Shown here piece by piece: positions 38,762-49,531 of a DNA stretch of 64,000 bases; within the stretch, counting starts at the first letter, position 1; each line of letters opens with the position of its first letter. The notes under the pieces were generated by a model that was given only the letters and a program-made list of their open reading frames with translations, had not been told where the DNA came from and did no database searches. Source of the DNA: an uncultured Acidobacteriota bacterium (GTDB lineage Bacteria > Acidobacteriota > Thermoanaerobaculia > UBA5066 > Gp7-AA6); assembly GCA_963815655.1 (NCBI GenBank), contig CAWFHK010000001.1, positions 1,628,903-1,692,902 on the forward strand, read 5' to 3'. Position numbers and translations under genes: made by a program.

Positions 38762-41131
38762 CTAGGGAGGCGAGGCGCTCTCTCCCCGAATGAACGCGAG
38801 GTCCTGCGACTGGTTGTCGATCACCCCGGCGTAGGCGATGAGCGGGAGATCGTGATCGCCGTGCACGACGCAGTAGGCGTCCGGGACGTCGCGGGTGAAG
38901 CCGGCGGCGCCAAAGACGTTGCTGACCTGAACGGAGGTGCGGGCCGGCGCGGCGGCCGAGACCTGGCCAAGCTGCGTCCCCGCGGGATCGAACAGCGTGA
39001 ACGTGATCGTCTGCGCCGCGTCGTTCGCGTTGTACGCGCCGACGTTGCTGCGAAACCCCGCGGAGGGGTCGGCCGAGTGCGAGAGAGAGGTCAGGACCGC
39101 CATCGTGGGCGCTCCCGCTTCGGCCAGTCCGGGAACGCCCATCCCGTTGGTCGGCGCCGGCCGGGACGGCGTGTAGAGGCGGCTGTTCACGACGATCGGC
39201 TGGTCGCTGTCGAACTGGATCGCGCCCCCCGATTCGGGCGCGGAGAAGAGGCTCGCGATGAGGTCGTCGAAGGCGCGCATCTCGCGCGGGGCGAGCGTGA
39301 CCGTCTGGACGGAGTCGCCGCAGGAGCCCGAGAAGCAGCGGTAATGGAGCGTGACCTCGGCCGGGTCGGTCGCGGAAGCGTTCAGGACGGTGGCGTCGGT
39401 GTGGAAGAAGCTCCCACCCAGACCGTGAATCGAGGCCGCGACGGGGACCGTGACGCGCGCGGCGGCCGCCGGACTGCTCGCCTGCCCCTGGACGTAAGCG
39501 AGGTCCTGCGACTCGTTGTCGATGACGCCCGCGTAGGCGAGCAGCGGGAGGTTCTGGTCCCCGTGGACAACGCAGTACGCCCGGGCGACATCGCCGGCGA
39601 TGCCGAGGACATTGAAGATATTGCTGACCTGGACCGAGGTGCGCGCCGGAACCGCGGCTGCCGTTGATCCGAGTTGGGCGCCGCTGCCGTCGAAGACCGT
39701 GAACGTGATCGTCTGCGCGGCGTCGCTCGCGTTGTACGCGCCGACGTTGGAGCGGAAGCCCCTGGCCGGATCGGCCGAATGGGAGAGAGAGGTCAGCACG
39801 GAGGCGGGCAGCGCCTCGGTCTCCGGCACACCCGGCACGCCCATGCCGCTGGTCGGCGAGGGGCGGGAAGGCGTGTAGAGGCGGCTCGTCACGACGAGAC
39901 TTCCGGCGCTCGAGAACTCGATCGCGCCGCCCGACTCCGGCGCGTTGAACGTGGCCCCGATCATGTCGTCGAAGACGCGCATCTCGCGCGGGGAGAGCGT
40001 GAAGGTCCGGGCCGAGTCTCCGCACGGCGGAGTGAAGCAGCGATACCTGGCCGTGACGATGACCGGGCTCGTCTCGGAGCGGTTGAACACGCGCACGTCG
40101 GAGTGGAAGAACGTCCCCGGCGCGCCGTGGATCGAGGCGGCGACCGGCACCGTCACGCTGGACAGGGCCGCCACGCCGCCGATCCGCCCGATCTTGCGCC
40201 CGTCGCTCTCGGCGAACCAGACGGCCCCGTCCGGCCCCGCCTTGATCGCGAATGGCGAACTTCCGGCCGTCGGAATCGCGAAATCCGTTACGGCGCCGGC
40301 CGTCGTCGCGCGGCCGATCCGGCCCGAGTCGGTCTCCGTGAACCAGAGCGCGCCGTCGGGCCCCGCGGCGAGGCCGAACATCGCGCCGTGGATGGCCGGC
40401 ATCGGCAGCTCCGTCATGCTCCCGTCCGGCGCGATCCGCGCGAGCCTGTTCCCTGCGGCGAGGTGCTCCGCGATCCAGACGGCGCCGTCCGGGCCCGCCG
40501 CCAGCGCGAGCGCGTCGGCCGCGGGGCTCGCGAGAGGAAACTCGGTGATCACTCCCGCCGTCGTCACCCGTCCGACCTTGCCGGAGACCGGCATCGAGTA
40601 CCAGAGATTCCCGTCGGCGCCCGCCACGATCTGGTGAGGCGACTGCGACGGGACCTGACCTGCAAAAAGCGTGAACTCTCCCGATGTCGTGACGCGCCGG
40701 ATCCGGCCGCCGACGCCTCCGTCGGTCTCGCTGAACCACAGGGCGCCGTCCGGGCCTGCGGTGATCGAGCTCGGGCCGCCGAAGGGAAACGGATTCGGGA
40801 TCGGAAACTCGGTGAAAACGCCCGCCGGCGTGACGCGGACGACGCGGTTGGAGCCATTCGCGCAGAACCACAGGTTGCCGTCGGGACCGGCCGTGATGCC
40901 GCCCGGGAAGCTCCCGGCCGTCGGGATCGGGAACTCCGTGATCGCGCCGCCGGGCGTGACGCGGGCGACGCGGTTGCCCTGCGCCTCGGTGAACCAGAGG
41001 TTGCCGTCCGGCCCCAGGGCCAGGTCGAATGGGCTTCCCCCCGACGGGATCGGAAACTCCGTGACAGGCTGCGCGGCCGCGAGCGCGGCGAGGCCGAAGA
41101 GGCCGGCGGCGAGGAGGAGCCTGGCATTCAC
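38762..41131 (-). CDS. Secreted Vgb-like beta-propeller protein with two tandem C-terminal repeat domains
   Basis: About seven GPDG.[LV]W repeats, then two ~240-aa copies starting VTVPVAASIHG...FFH[ST]D. Confidence 0.85.
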   Translation of the reverse strand: MNARLLLAAGLFGLAALAAAQPVTEFPIPSGGSPFDLALGPDGNLWFTEAQGNRVARVTPGGAITEFPIPTAGSFPGGITAGPDGNLWFCANGSNRVVRVTPAGVFTEFPIPNPFPFGGPSSITAGPDGALWFSETDGGVGGRIRRVTTSGEFTLFAGQVPSQSPHQIVAGADGNLWYSMPVSGKVGRVTTAGVITEFPLASPAADALALAAGPDGAVWIAEHLAAGNRLARIAPDGSMTELPMPAIHGAMFGLAAGPDGALWFTETDSGRIGRATTAGAVTDFAIPTAGSSPFAIKAGPDGAVWFAESDGRKIGRIGGVAALSSVTVPVAASIHGAPGTFFHSDVRVFNRSETSPVIVTARYRCFTPPCGDSARTFTLSPREMRVFDDMIGATFNAPESGGAIEFSSAGSLVVTSRLYTPSRPSPTSGMGVPGVPETEALPASVLTSLSHSADPARGFRSNVGAYNASDAAQTITFTVFDGSGAQLGSTAAAVPARTSVQVSNIFNVLGIAGDVARAYCVVHGDQNLPLLAYAGVIDNESQDLAYVQGQASSPAAAARVTVPVAASIHGLGGSFFHTDATVLNASATDPAEVTLHYRCFSGSCGDSVQTVTLAPREMRAFDDLIASLFSAPESGGAIQFDSDQPIVVNSRLYTPSRPAPTNGMGVPGLAEAGAPTMAVLTSLSHSADPSAGFRSNVGAYNANDAAQTITFTLFDPAGTQLGQVSAAAPARTSVQVSNVFGAAGFTRDVPDAYCVVHGDHDLPLIAYAGVIDNQSQDLAFIRGESASPP

Positions 41132-41205
41132 GGGCAGGAACCTAGCAGGAACGGTCCCGCCGCGTCTTGAACCAATGAAACGCCGCACACACGGGATGCC
41201 TCGCG

Positions 41206-42021
41206 TCAGGCGGAGGCGAGCAGCTCGCGGAAGCGGCCGGGGCTGCAGCCGATGCGGGACTTGAAGACCCGGCAAAAATGGCTGTGGTCCGCGAATCCCG
41301 CGGAGAGCGCGATGTCGGAGAGCGGCCGCTCGGAGTGCTCGAGCGCCTTGCAGGCCGCGCGGACCCGCAGGTTGTGGACGTACTCCCCCATCGTCTGACC
41401 GAAGCGCCTGCGGAATTCGCGGGAGAGGTGGACCGGATGAACATCCACCGCGGACGCCACCTCGAGAACCGTCAGGGGCCGGGCAAACTCCGCCCGGAGA
41501 AGCTCGAGGCACGAGGCCAGCCATCGGGGCTGCCCGCGCTCCGCAAGGCGGCGGCCCTTCCAGAGAGACCCGATGAGCTCCCAGAGGGCGCCGTCCACCG
41601 ACTCGGGCCAGAGCATCCCGTCGATGTCCAGCCGGTAGAGCCGGGTCGCGAGGCACGACAGGTCGCCGTCGAGAAGCCGCGGCTGGAAATCCGGTTCGGC
41701 CGGCAGAAGGTCCGTGGCGGCGGCGAGCCACGAAGGCCGGATCTCGATGAAGAAGAAGACGGCGCCCGCGGGGCCGATCCAGTCGCGGTGCGTCAGCGGC
41801 GGGTGGAACCCGACCGAGAAGGGACCGTACTCGAGCCGCCGGCCTTCCACCTCCTCGACATAGCCGCCCCGGACGAGGAGACAGAAGTACGGAACGTCGT
41901 GGCGGTGGGCGGGAAGGGACCGCTCGCCTTGATGGGCGACCCTCGTGACGACCGCGGCCGGAAAGTCGGACTGCCGGCTGACGGAGCCGAAGTACTTTCC
42001 GATGGGAAGGGGGACGGCCAT
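41206..42021 (-). CDS. AraC family transcriptional regulator
   Basis: Cupin AHRHD, VHPVHLSREF, IALSAGFADHSHFCRVFK. Confidence 0.93.
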   Translation of the reverse strand: MAVPLPIGKYFGSVSRQSDFPAAVVTRVAHQGERSLPAHRHDVPYFCLLVRGGYVEEVEGRRLEYGPFSVGFHPPLTHRDWIGPAGAVFFFIEIRPSWLAAATDLLPAEPDFQPRLLDGDLSCLATRLYRLDIDGMLWPESVDGALWELIGSLWKGRRLAERGQPRWLASCLELLRAEFARPLTVLEVASAVDVHPVHLSREFRRRFGQTMGEYVHNLRVRAACKALEHSERPLSDIALSAGFADHSHFCRVFKSRIGCSPGRFRELLASA

Positions 42022-42070
42022 CCTTCTACTCTACCCCGCGCGTCGCGGTCCGCCGTCGGACCGACCAGAT

Positions 42071-43189
42071 TCAGTCGGGGAAGCCCGACGCGTCGATGCC
42101 GGGGATGACGCGCAGCGCGTTCTTGTAATAGAGCTTCTTCAAGACTTCGTCCGGGAGGTCCAGGCCGTACATCTTCCAGAAGGCGTGGCGCCTGCGGTAG
42201 TAGTCGAAGTACTCGTCGGCCGTCTCGAGCACGCGGAAATAGACGTGGTACTCGTCGGGCGCCCAGGTGTCCTTTCCGAACATCACGCGGTCCTTGTGGC
42301 GGAGGAACCAGTCGCGCGCGAAACGCGGCTGGCGGCCGAGCTCCGCGAGCACCGCGCCGATCTCCGTGTACACGTTCGGAAGCCGGTCCAGGAGCTGCCC
42401 CAGGCGCTCGAGGTTTCCTCCCATCCATCCCAGGTGCGCGTCGATGAACCTGGTGTTCGGATGCTTCTGGAAGAGATGGTGCTGCTCGCCGATCAGCGTC
42501 TCCCAGCCCGGATACTCCGAGGGTGGGCGCGCGCGGCGAGGGAACTGCTTCAACTCGAGCCACCGCTCGTTGAAGCGGTCCTGCGGCTGGAAGAAGGACG
42601 CCGGCTCGGCCGTGTGGATGAGCACCGGGATCCCGAGCGCCCCGCACTTCTCGAAGACCACGTCGAGGCGCGGGTCGTCCGCCGGCACGCGCCGCCCCGC
42701 TCCGTCCTTCACCGTCATCCCGAAGTTCTTGAAGATCTTCAGCCCCTGCGCGCCGTTGCGGACGTCCCGTTCGAGCTGGGCGACCGCGCGCTCGCTCCAG
42801 CCGGGATCGCCGATGCCGGTGAAATCGAGGTTCGCGAAGACGACGAAGCGCTTCGGATACCGCCCCTTCAGGTTCTTCAAGCCCCGGACGAACGTCTCGC
42901 CCTGCCCGCCGGAGAGGTTGACCATGACGCGCATGTTCAGCCCGTCCATGTCGGCGACGAGCTTCGCCACGGCGTCCTCCGAGAGGTCCGTGTCCTGGTG
43001 GTTGTGGACGTCGATGAACGGGTACTTCGCCCGGTGGACCTCGTGCGCCGGCACGACGAGCGTGGACTTCGGCTCGTACTCCTCGACCGTCATGGACGGC
43101 ACGGGAGTCGGCCAGGGTGCCTGGGCCGGGGCAAGCCCCGCCGCCAGAAGCGCGCCCAGCCCGAGGAACATCCGGCTCGTCAATCGCAT
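42071..43189 (-). CDS. Amidohydrolase (Amidohydro_2-like), secreted
   Basis: IDVHNH, GLKI, LIHTAEP, AHLG, MFGKD. Signal peptide. Confidence 0.88.
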   Translation of the reverse strand: MRLTSRMFLGLGALLAAGLAPAQAPWPTPVPSMTVEEYEPKSTLVVPAHEVHRAKYPFIDVHNHQDTDLSEDAVAKLVADMDGLNMRVMVNLSGGQGETFVRGLKNLKGRYPKRFVVFANLDFTGIGDPGWSERAVAQLERDVRNGAQGLKIFKNFGMTVKDGAGRRVPADDPRLDVVFEKCGALGIPVLIHTAEPASFFQPQDRFNERWLELKQFPRRARPPSEYPGWETLIGEQHHLFQKHPNTRFIDAHLGWMGGNLERLGQLLDRLPNVYTEIGAVLAELGRQPRFARDWFLRHKDRVMFGKDTWAPDEYHVYFRVLETADEYFDYYRRRHAFWKMYGLDLPDEVLKKLYYKNALRVIPGIDASGFPD

Positions 43190-43287
43190 CGCCCTTCCGC
43201 ACACGTACGCAGAGAGAGCCCGAGCGGTTTCGCTCCCGGACCCTGGCCGGCCGATTCGCCGCCGTCCCCCGGCTGGACGGGGCGGCG

Positions 43288-43737
43288 TTACTGGCCGGGG
43301 GCCCAGCTCGTCTGGTCCTTGAACACGACGTGCAGGACCCGGCATCGGAAGCCGGTCGCGCCGCGTCCGACGCGGGTCTCGGCCTCGTAGGTCTTCCCCC
43401 GCTCGATCGGCTGCCGCTTCGCGTCGATGACGTTCTGCCAGACGACGGTCGCCCTCTCCTCCTTGCCGTCGACGCCGACGTAGGCGAGTCCCACGTCCGC
43501 CTGCTCCATGGGCCTGTCGGTGGTCACACGGACGCGGTAGCGGAGAGACTCCTTGTCGGGGCCCAGGCCGAGGCACTCGACCGTGACCGGCGGTTGCTCG
43601 GGCAGTCCGGGCGGAGGTGTGAGGCTCGCCTTGCCGGGCGTCGTCGTCGCCGCAGGCTTTCCCCGGTCGCAGCCGAGCGGCGCCACGAGCGCCGACAGGA
43701 CGATGGCGGCCACCGCGATTTCCGTTCCACGTCTCAT
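43288..43737 (-). CDS. Hypothetical lipoprotein
   Basis: MRRGTEIAVAAIVLSALVAPLGC lipobox. GGAGG SD. Confidence 0.7.
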   Translation of the reverse strand: MRRGTEIAVAAIVLSALVAPLGCDRGKPAATTTPGKASLTPPPGLPEQPPVTVECLGLGPDKESLRYRVRVTTDRPMEQADVGLAYVGVDGKEERATVVWQNVIDAKRQPIERGKTYEAETRVGRGATGFRCRVLHVVFKDQTSWAPGQ

Positions 43738-43860
43738 GACCCCTCCACTCGGGGCGAGCGTAACAGCGCGCCGTCGGCGGGTCTCACCGGCCCAGACCCA
43801 GACTCCCGTTGGGGATACCATTCGCCTCGCGGCCGACCATCCAAAACGGGAGGATGACTC

Positions 43861-44347
43861 ATGAAGCTCGCATGCCGGTTCCTCGGGCGCGCCTTTTCGG
43901 TGGCCCTGCTCCTGCTGGCATCGCGGGCCCCGGGCGCCTTCTGCGCAGGTCCCGACGCTGAACTCGTTCGAGGGCATCGCGGTGCCGACCGCCGACCGCA
44001 CCGACACGTCGCGCCTGACTGACGGAGGCGTTGTCAACGTCGAGGGCGCGGGCGCCTTCGTCGTCACCCTCGCCGGCGAGCTCCGGGGCCGGGCCGACCA
44101 GAACGGCGCCATCGGCCTTCTCCTCGTCCCGGAGCTCCCCTTCTTCACGTCGGTGTACCGGAGCCGCAGGCTGGTCCTGTCCGCCGCCGAGTTCACCGCC
44201 CCGGTCAAGGCCGGAGCGTCGAGCTACTTCATGTCGCTCTCGAAGCGCGCCGACGCCGGCTTCCCCGCCTACCATCTCTTTCTCTACAACACGACCGGCG
44301 CGCCGGCCAGCGTCAACGTCTACATCAACCCCATCCGGAGGAACTGA
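43861..44347 (+). CDS. Secreted hypothetical protein, frameshift near 43930-43945
   Basis: GGAGG SD plus signal peptide MKLACRFLGRAFSVALLLLA. The mature region AQVPTLNSFEGIAVP... is in another frame. Confidence 0.6.
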
Positions 44348-44393
44348 CCGCTCCCGCCCCGCGCCCGGGCGGCGAACCCGGAGAGGGTCCGGG

Positions 44394-45917
44394 CTACGTC
44401 TTCTTCGCTCCGGCCCCGGCTTTCGCCCTGGTTCGGACCAAGGCGTAGTTCAAGAGCGGCAGCGAGTTGAAGTTCGCCGCCTTCCCGCAGAGCTCCTTCG
44501 CCTTCTCCGCGTCCCCCTTGCCCTGGTAGGCCTGGCACATGCGATAGAGATCCTGGGGGTTCTGCTGGTTCGCCTGCTGGAGCTCGGCGAGCGCCGTGTC
44601 GTAGTCCTTCGCCGCGAGGGCGACGATCCCGTCGAGCTCGTGGGCGTTCTTCGCCTGTGCCGGATTCTTCGAGACCCCGGCGCCCTTCCGGAATTCGTCC
44701 GCATGCTTCTTCGCTTCCGCGATGTCCTTCTTCCCCAGGGCGACGCGGGCGAGGTTGTAGTGGTGGACGAGCCGCGCGTTGTCCTTGATCTCCTGGGACA
44801 GGTTGGAGTCCTCGATCAGCTTCAGGCTGCCCTCGAACTCTCCCCCGGCCCGATCGGGCTTCCCCATCTCCAGCAGGATGTTGCCTCTCGTCGCGCGGTC
44901 GAAGGCCATCGCCGCGACGTCGTTGGTCTTTTCCGCGATGGCGTACCGCTTGTCCACGTCCTCGAGCGCCTTCGCCATCTTGCCGCCGTCGACGTTCAGG
45001 ACCGTCTCGGCAAACAGGGCCGTCCGGCTCTCGCCGCTGTTCCTCGCCTTCCGGGCCATCTCCTTCAGCTCGGCTTGAGCCTCCCGGCTCTTCCCCTGGT
45101 ACGCCAGGTCCATGGCGATCCCCTGGTACGCGTTGATGAAGTTCGGATCGATCGCGAGCGCCTTGCGGTACTGGGCGATCGAGTCGTCGAACCGGCCCAT
45201 CTTCAAGAGCAGTTCGGCGTACGAATCGTAGGGATTGGGGTCCTTCGGGATCAGCTCGATGTATTTCTTAAACGCCTGCTCCGAATTCGCGTAATCGCCG
45301 CTCTGCCGGTACGCGTAGCCGAGCAGGTTGTAGGCGGTCGAGTAGGTCGGCGCGAGCTCCGTGGCCTTCTTGTAGTGCTCGATCGCCTTGCCGAAGTCCT
45401 GCTGGCCGAAATAGTAGCCGGCCAGATTGGAGTGCGCCCGCTCGTCGTCCGGATACGCCGCGACCAGCCGATCGAGGTCTTCCTTCTGCTTGACCAGGTC
45501 GTTGTTCGCGGCGGCCTGCGCAGCGAGGATGAGCAGCCTCTCTCCTTCGGAAGCCTTGTCCGCCAGGCTGACCGCCTTGTTGAGATGCTCGAAGAACTCC
45601 TTGCCCGTCGGGACCGAGTTGGCCAGGCTCAGCTCGGCCAGGGCGAAGTTCGGGTCGAGCGAAACGGCCTTCGTGAAATGGGCGACCGAGTCCGTGATCA
45701 GGAGCTTCTCGACCATGTCCCGGCCCTGCAGGAACTCGGTCCTGGCTTCCGCCGACGCGGTCGTCACGGGAATCTTCCCGCCGCCCGCGGGAGTCGGGGC
45801 CGCCGCCTCGCTCGCGGCCGCCGGGGCCGGAGCCTCTTTCTTCGCGCAGCCGCCGATCGCCAGGCCGGCGGCCACTCCAAGGACCAGGAAAGTATCGGAG
45901 AGTCGGTTCTTGCGCAT
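44394..45917 (-). CDS. TPR-repeat lipoprotein
   Basis: AIGGC lipobox and multiple TPRs (AYNLLGYAY, PNPYDSYAE). AAGGAGG SD. Confidence 0.88.
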   Translation of the reverse strand: MRKNRLSDTFLVLGVAAGLAIGGCAKKEAPAPAAASEAAAPTPAGGGKIPVTTASAEARTEFLQGRDMVEKLLITDSVAHFTKAVSLDPNFALAELSLANSVPTGKEFFEHLNKAVSLADKASEGERLLILAAQAAANNDLVKQKEDLDRLVAAYPDDERAHSNLAGYYFGQQDFGKAIEHYKKATELAPTYSTAYNLLGYAYRQSGDYANSEQAFKKYIELIPKDPNPYDSYAELLLKMGRFDDSIAQYRKALAIDPNFINAYQGIAMDLAYQGKSREAQAELKEMARKARNSGESRTALFAETVLNVDGGKMAKALEDVDKRYAIAEKTNDVAAMAFDRATRGNILLEMGKPDRAGGEFEGSLKLIEDSNLSQEIKDNARLVHHYNLARVALGKKDIAEAKKHADEFRKGAGVSKNPAQAKNAHELDGIVALAAKDYDTALAELQQANQQNPQDLYRMCQAYQGKGDAEKAKELCGKAANFNSLPLLNYALVRTRAKAGAGAKKT

Positions 45918-46020
45918 CGTGTCCTCCTTCGCGCTGTCAAGGCAGAGATCTCCCGGACAGGGGTTAGTACGCAGCCGCGACCGCGATGTTACATGGGATT
46001 CCGCGCGCGGCCGGCTCTAG

Positions 46021-46282
46021 CAAGCTGCTGAAAAAGGGTGTGGGCGGCGTTGCGAGCGCCGCGGGGCCGGATGCAAGGAGCCGCGACGATGGCGATGCCA
46101 GGGCGCATCGGGGAGGAGCGGCGACGCCGCAGACGGCCCCGCGCCGCCGCAACCGCTTGCGGTGGCTGGCCTTTTGCCCGCGACCTCTTTGCAGCGCAGA
46201 CCTTCCTCTACGACGAGACTACCAGCCCTCGCCAGTTGCAAAAGGCCAGACACGACGCCCGCATTCATTTCTCAGCAGCCTG
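46021..46282. mobile_element. MITE with IS5/IS1182-like ends
   Basis: TIRs CAAGCTGCTGAAAAA / TTTCTCAGCAGCCTG flanked by CTAG / CTAA. No transposase ORF inside. Confidence 0.75.
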
Positions 46283-46353
46283 CTAAGGACGAAATGCCGG
46301 ATTCGAGGGACCAACGCCAGCGCCGAGCGGCCGCCGCGCGCGGCCGGCTGCTC

Positions 46354-46755
46354 CTACCTCGGGAGAAGCTCGGTCGTCGTCCTGCGGCGGCGCGGCGTCT
46401 TGAAGCCGCGGACCCATTTGAGAGAGGCCTTCGTGTCGTACTTCTCGGAGTAAGCGAGGTCGACGGCGTCGAAGAGACTCTTCCCGCGGGCTGTCCGGGC
46501 GCGCACGGAGATCTCGCGGCCGGAGACGAGGATCGTGCCACGCGGATCGTCCTGGAACGCGCAGTGCCAGCCGCCGGGCTTGTCGTACCAGGGCCGAACG
46601 AACACGCGGCCGCCCGCGACCACGAACCAGATGCCGGTGAATCGGTGCGCCCCGGTCCCGGCCCGGATTCCGAGCATCCGGGCATCGCGCAGAAGCGAGA
46701 GCGTCCGGGGCGGGAAACGCCGGGGGCGCGGCGGGTGGCTGGTCGTTTTCCGCAT
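46354..46755 (-). CDS. DUF2255-like protein
   Basis: IWFVVAGGRVFVR...W...AVDLAYSEKY pattern. Confidence 0.65.
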   Translation of the reverse strand: MRKTTSHPPRPRRFPPRTLSLLRDARMLGIRAGTGAHRFTGIWFVVAGGRVFVRPWYDKPGGWHCAFQDDPRGTILVSGREISVRARTARGKSLFDAVDLAYSEKYDTKASLKWVRGFKTPRRRRTTTELLPR

Positions 46756-46770
46756 CAGAAGAGATCGAGA

Positions 46771-46806
46771 CCCCTCACCCGGCCCTCTCCCGCCGGGAGA
46801 GGGAGA
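46771..46806. repeat. REP-like CCCCTCACCC-CCCTCTCCC/GGGAGAGGG palindrome
   Basis: cccctcacccggccctctcccgccgggagagggaga. Confidence 0.65.
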
Positions 46807-46987
46807 GCGGCACCGACCGTCTCGAAATACCCGCTGAATTCGCCCGACGGCATCCGCTTCGCGCCGTCGCGGTGGACCTGCGCCTGAACGCCGGCGGCAA
46901 CCTGGACGTGGCCAGGGACTTCATCCGGAGCCTGGGAAAGGAAAAGAAGATCAATCGCCGAGGCCGGCTCTTCGTCGTCGTCGGGCA

Positions 46988-47311
46988 TTGCTTTCTCCGC
47001 CGGGCTCTGCCACGCGGCGCCAGATGAAGCAGTTCACCCGGGCGACTTTCGTCGGCGAACCGGTCGGCGACCGCCTCGACTTCTGGGCCGAAGGCGGCGA
47101 GATCGTTCTGCCCAACTCGCAGGTCGTCATCCGCTATTCCAACGGGTTCCACCGGTATTCCGGCGCGCGCTATCCGGAGCGACAATCGTATTACGTGGCG
47201 CTCGGCATCCCGACCCTGGCCCCGGACGTCCCCGCGCCGACGTCGTCGAAGGACTATTTCTCGGGCCGGGATCCCGTCCTCGAAGCCATCGAGGCCCGCC
47301 TCGCCCGGTGA
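46988..47311 (+). pseudogene. C-terminal fragment of an S41-peptidase-like gene
   Basis: ATFVGEPVG...IVLPNS...LAPDV...DYFSGRDPVLEA. No intact N-terminus. Confidence 0.55.
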
Positions 47312-47396
47312 GCGACGCAGGACCTTGAGACCCGGCCGGAAGACTCTCGGGGCGCGAAAGGCCGACCGACCCCTTCCCGAGCGGCGCCGGGCCCGA

Positions 47397-49103
47397 CTAC
47401 TTCAGCTGCTGGAAGAAATCGTTCCCCTTGTCGTCCACGAGGATGAACGCGGGGAAGTCCACGACGTCGATCGCCCAGATCGCCTCCATCCCGAGCTCCG
47501 GATACTCGAGGACGTCCACCTTCCTGATGTTCTCCGCCGCGAGGAGCGCGGCCGGGCCGCCGGGCGATCCGAGGTAGAAGCCGCCGTGCTTCTTGCACGC
47601 GTCGGTCACCTTCGCGCTCCGGTTCCCCTTCGCGATCATGACGAGCGACGCCCCGTTGGACTGGAAGAGGTCGACGTAGGAGTCCATGCGCCCCGCCGTC
47701 GTCGGACCGAAGGAGCCGGAGGGCTTCCCCTTCGGCGTCTTGGCCGGCCCGGCGTAGTAGACCGGATGGTCCTTGAAATACTGCGGCAGGCCGGCGCCGG
47801 AGTCGAGGCGCTCCTTCAGCTTCGCGTGGGCGATGTCGCGCGCGACGACGAGGCGGCCGGTCAGGGCGAGCGGAGTGGAGACCGGGTACTTCGAGAGCTC
47901 CGCGAGAACCTCGGGCATCGGCCGGTTGAGATCAATCCGGACGAGGCCGTCGTGTCCCTTCGCGCCGGCATGGACAGGGAGGAGCTTCTCGGGATGCCGC
48001 TCGAGCTCCTCCAGCCAGATCCCCTTCCCGTCGATCCTGGCGAGGACGTTGCGGTCGGCCGAGCAGGAGACGCCGAGGCCGACCGGGCAGGAGGCTCCGT
48101 GGCGCGGGAGGCGGACAACCCGGACGTCGTGGGCGAAGTACTTGCCGCCGAACTGCGCCCCGAGGCCGAGCTTCTGCGCGGCCGTGAGGAGCTTGCCCTC
48201 GAGCTCCGGATCGCGGAAGGCGCGGCCCGTCCTGTCGCCGGTCGTCGGAAGCGTGTCGTAGTAGCCGGTCGAGGCGAGCTTGACGGTCTTGAGATTCGTT
48301 TCCGCCGAGGTCCCGCCCACGACGATCGCGATGTGGTACGGAGGGCAGGCCGCCGTCCCGAGGGATTTCATCTTCTCGACCAGGAACGCCTCCAGGCTCG
48401 CCGGGTTGAGCAGGGCCTTCGTCTCCTGGAAGAGGTAGGCCTTGTTCGCCGAGCCGCCCCCCTTCGCCACGAAGAGGAACTTGTATTCCGCGCCGGGCGT
48501 CGCGTAGATGTCGATCTGCGCCGGCAGGTTGTTGCCGGTGTTGACCTCGTCGTACATCGTCAGCGCCGCCGTCTGGGAGTAGCGGAGGTTCTCGCCGGTG
48601 TAGGTCTTCCAGATCCCCTTCGAGAGAAACGCCGCGTCGTCGGCGCCCGTCCAGACCTGCTGCCCCTTCCAGGCCACGACCGTGGCGGTCCCGGTGTCCT
48701 GGCAGAACGGCAGCTCGAACTTCGAGGAGACGACGGCGTTGCGCAGGAGCGTCGTCGCCATGAACCGATCGTTGGGGGAGGCTTCCGGGTCGTCCAGGAT
48801 CGCCGCCACCTGCCGCTGGTGCTTCGGCCGCAGCAGGAACGACACGTCGCGCATCGCCTCGCGGGCGAGGAGCGTCAGGGCCTCCGGCTCGACGACGAGG
48901 ACCGGCTTCCCGGCGAAGGTCCGCGTCCGGACGTGCTCCTTGCTCACGAGCCGGTACTTCGTCGTGTCTTCTCCGTGCGCGAACGGGTTCGTGTAAACGA
49001 AGCCGTCCTTCGCCGCGGCTCGCTTCGATCTCTGTCGGCGGAGGGCGGGCCTCCCTGTCGCCGGCTTCTTTCGGTCACGCGCCTTCGATCGGGTCGTCGC
49101 CAT
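47397..49103 (-). CDS. fumA: Fumarate hydratase class I (Fe-S)
   Basis: [46 protein letters not shown]. Confidence 0.96.
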   Translation of the reverse strand: MATTRSKARDRKKPATGRPALRRQRSKRAAAKDGFVYTNPFAHGEDTTKYRLVSKEHVRTRTFAGKPVLVVEPEALTLLAREAMRDVSFLLRPKHQRQVAAILDDPEASPNDRFMATTLLRNAVVSSKFELPFCQDTGTATVVAWKGQQVWTGADDAAFLSKGIWKTYTGENLRYSQTAALTMYDEVNTGNNLPAQIDIYATPGAEYKFLFVAKGGGSANKAYLFQETKALLNPASLEAFLVEKMKSLGTAACPPYHIAIVVGGTSAETNLKTVKLASTGYYDTLPTTGDRTGRAFRDPELEGKLLTAAQKLGLGAQFGGKYFAHDVRVVRLPRHGASCPVGLGVSCSADRNVLARIDGKGIWLEELERHPEKLLPVHAGAKGHDGLVRIDLNRPMPEVLAELSKYPVSTPLALTGRLVVARDIAHAKLKERLDSGAGLPQYFKDHPVYYAGPAKTPKGKPSGSFGPTTAGRMDSYVDLFQSNGASLVMIAKGNRSAKVTDACKKHGGFYLGSPGGPAALLAAENIRKVDVLEYPELGMEAIWAIDVVDFPAFILVDDKGNDFFQQLK

Positions 49104-49243
49104 TGGCGTCTCCTCCAATCCTTGAATTTACCCGAAGGACCGGCAGCCCGGCTGATCCGAACTCACCAGGCTCGCGTGCCTGGCCCCGCCCGACCTTCGC
49201 GCGGAGCCGGCGCTCAGAGGTTCCCGGAGATCGGTCGCTCTCG

Positions 49244-49531
49244 CTACGAGCCGGCCGGAAGCAGCGCGTCCCCCTCGCCGACGCATTGTTCCCGGCACTG
49301 CGCGACGGGACCGACCCAGCGGCTGCACGACTTGACCTTCAGCTCCGGCTCGCCGCGAAGGCTGGTCGCCGCCGCGCGGCCGGCGTCGAGCCGGATCACG
49401 GCGGCCCGAAGCGTCTCCGGACAGGTAACGACCATCCCGCCCGAGAAGCTGCGCCGCCTCCGCAGAAAATTGGCGAGCGCGGGCAGGCAGGAGAGAACCA
49501 GGACAACCGCGAGGAGAAGGATTCCTTCCAC
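49244..49531 (-). CDS. Small membrane-anchored four-Cys protein
   Basis: GGAGGG SD plus GTG. TM helix, then TCPET...SCSRW...CREQC. Confidence 0.7.
   Translation of the reverse strand: MEGILLLAVVLVLSCLPALANFLRRRRSFSGGMVVTCPETLRAAVIRLDAGRAAATSLRGEPELKVKSCSRWVGPVAQCREQCVGEGDALLPAGS

Noticed and set aside
36164-39667. 1167-aa + strand ORF and many other long overlapping ORFs (e.g. 351..2264, 8544..10022, 47325..49583)
   Set aside because: Antisense or alternate-frame shadows of real genes in high-GC DNA, with no recognisable motifs.
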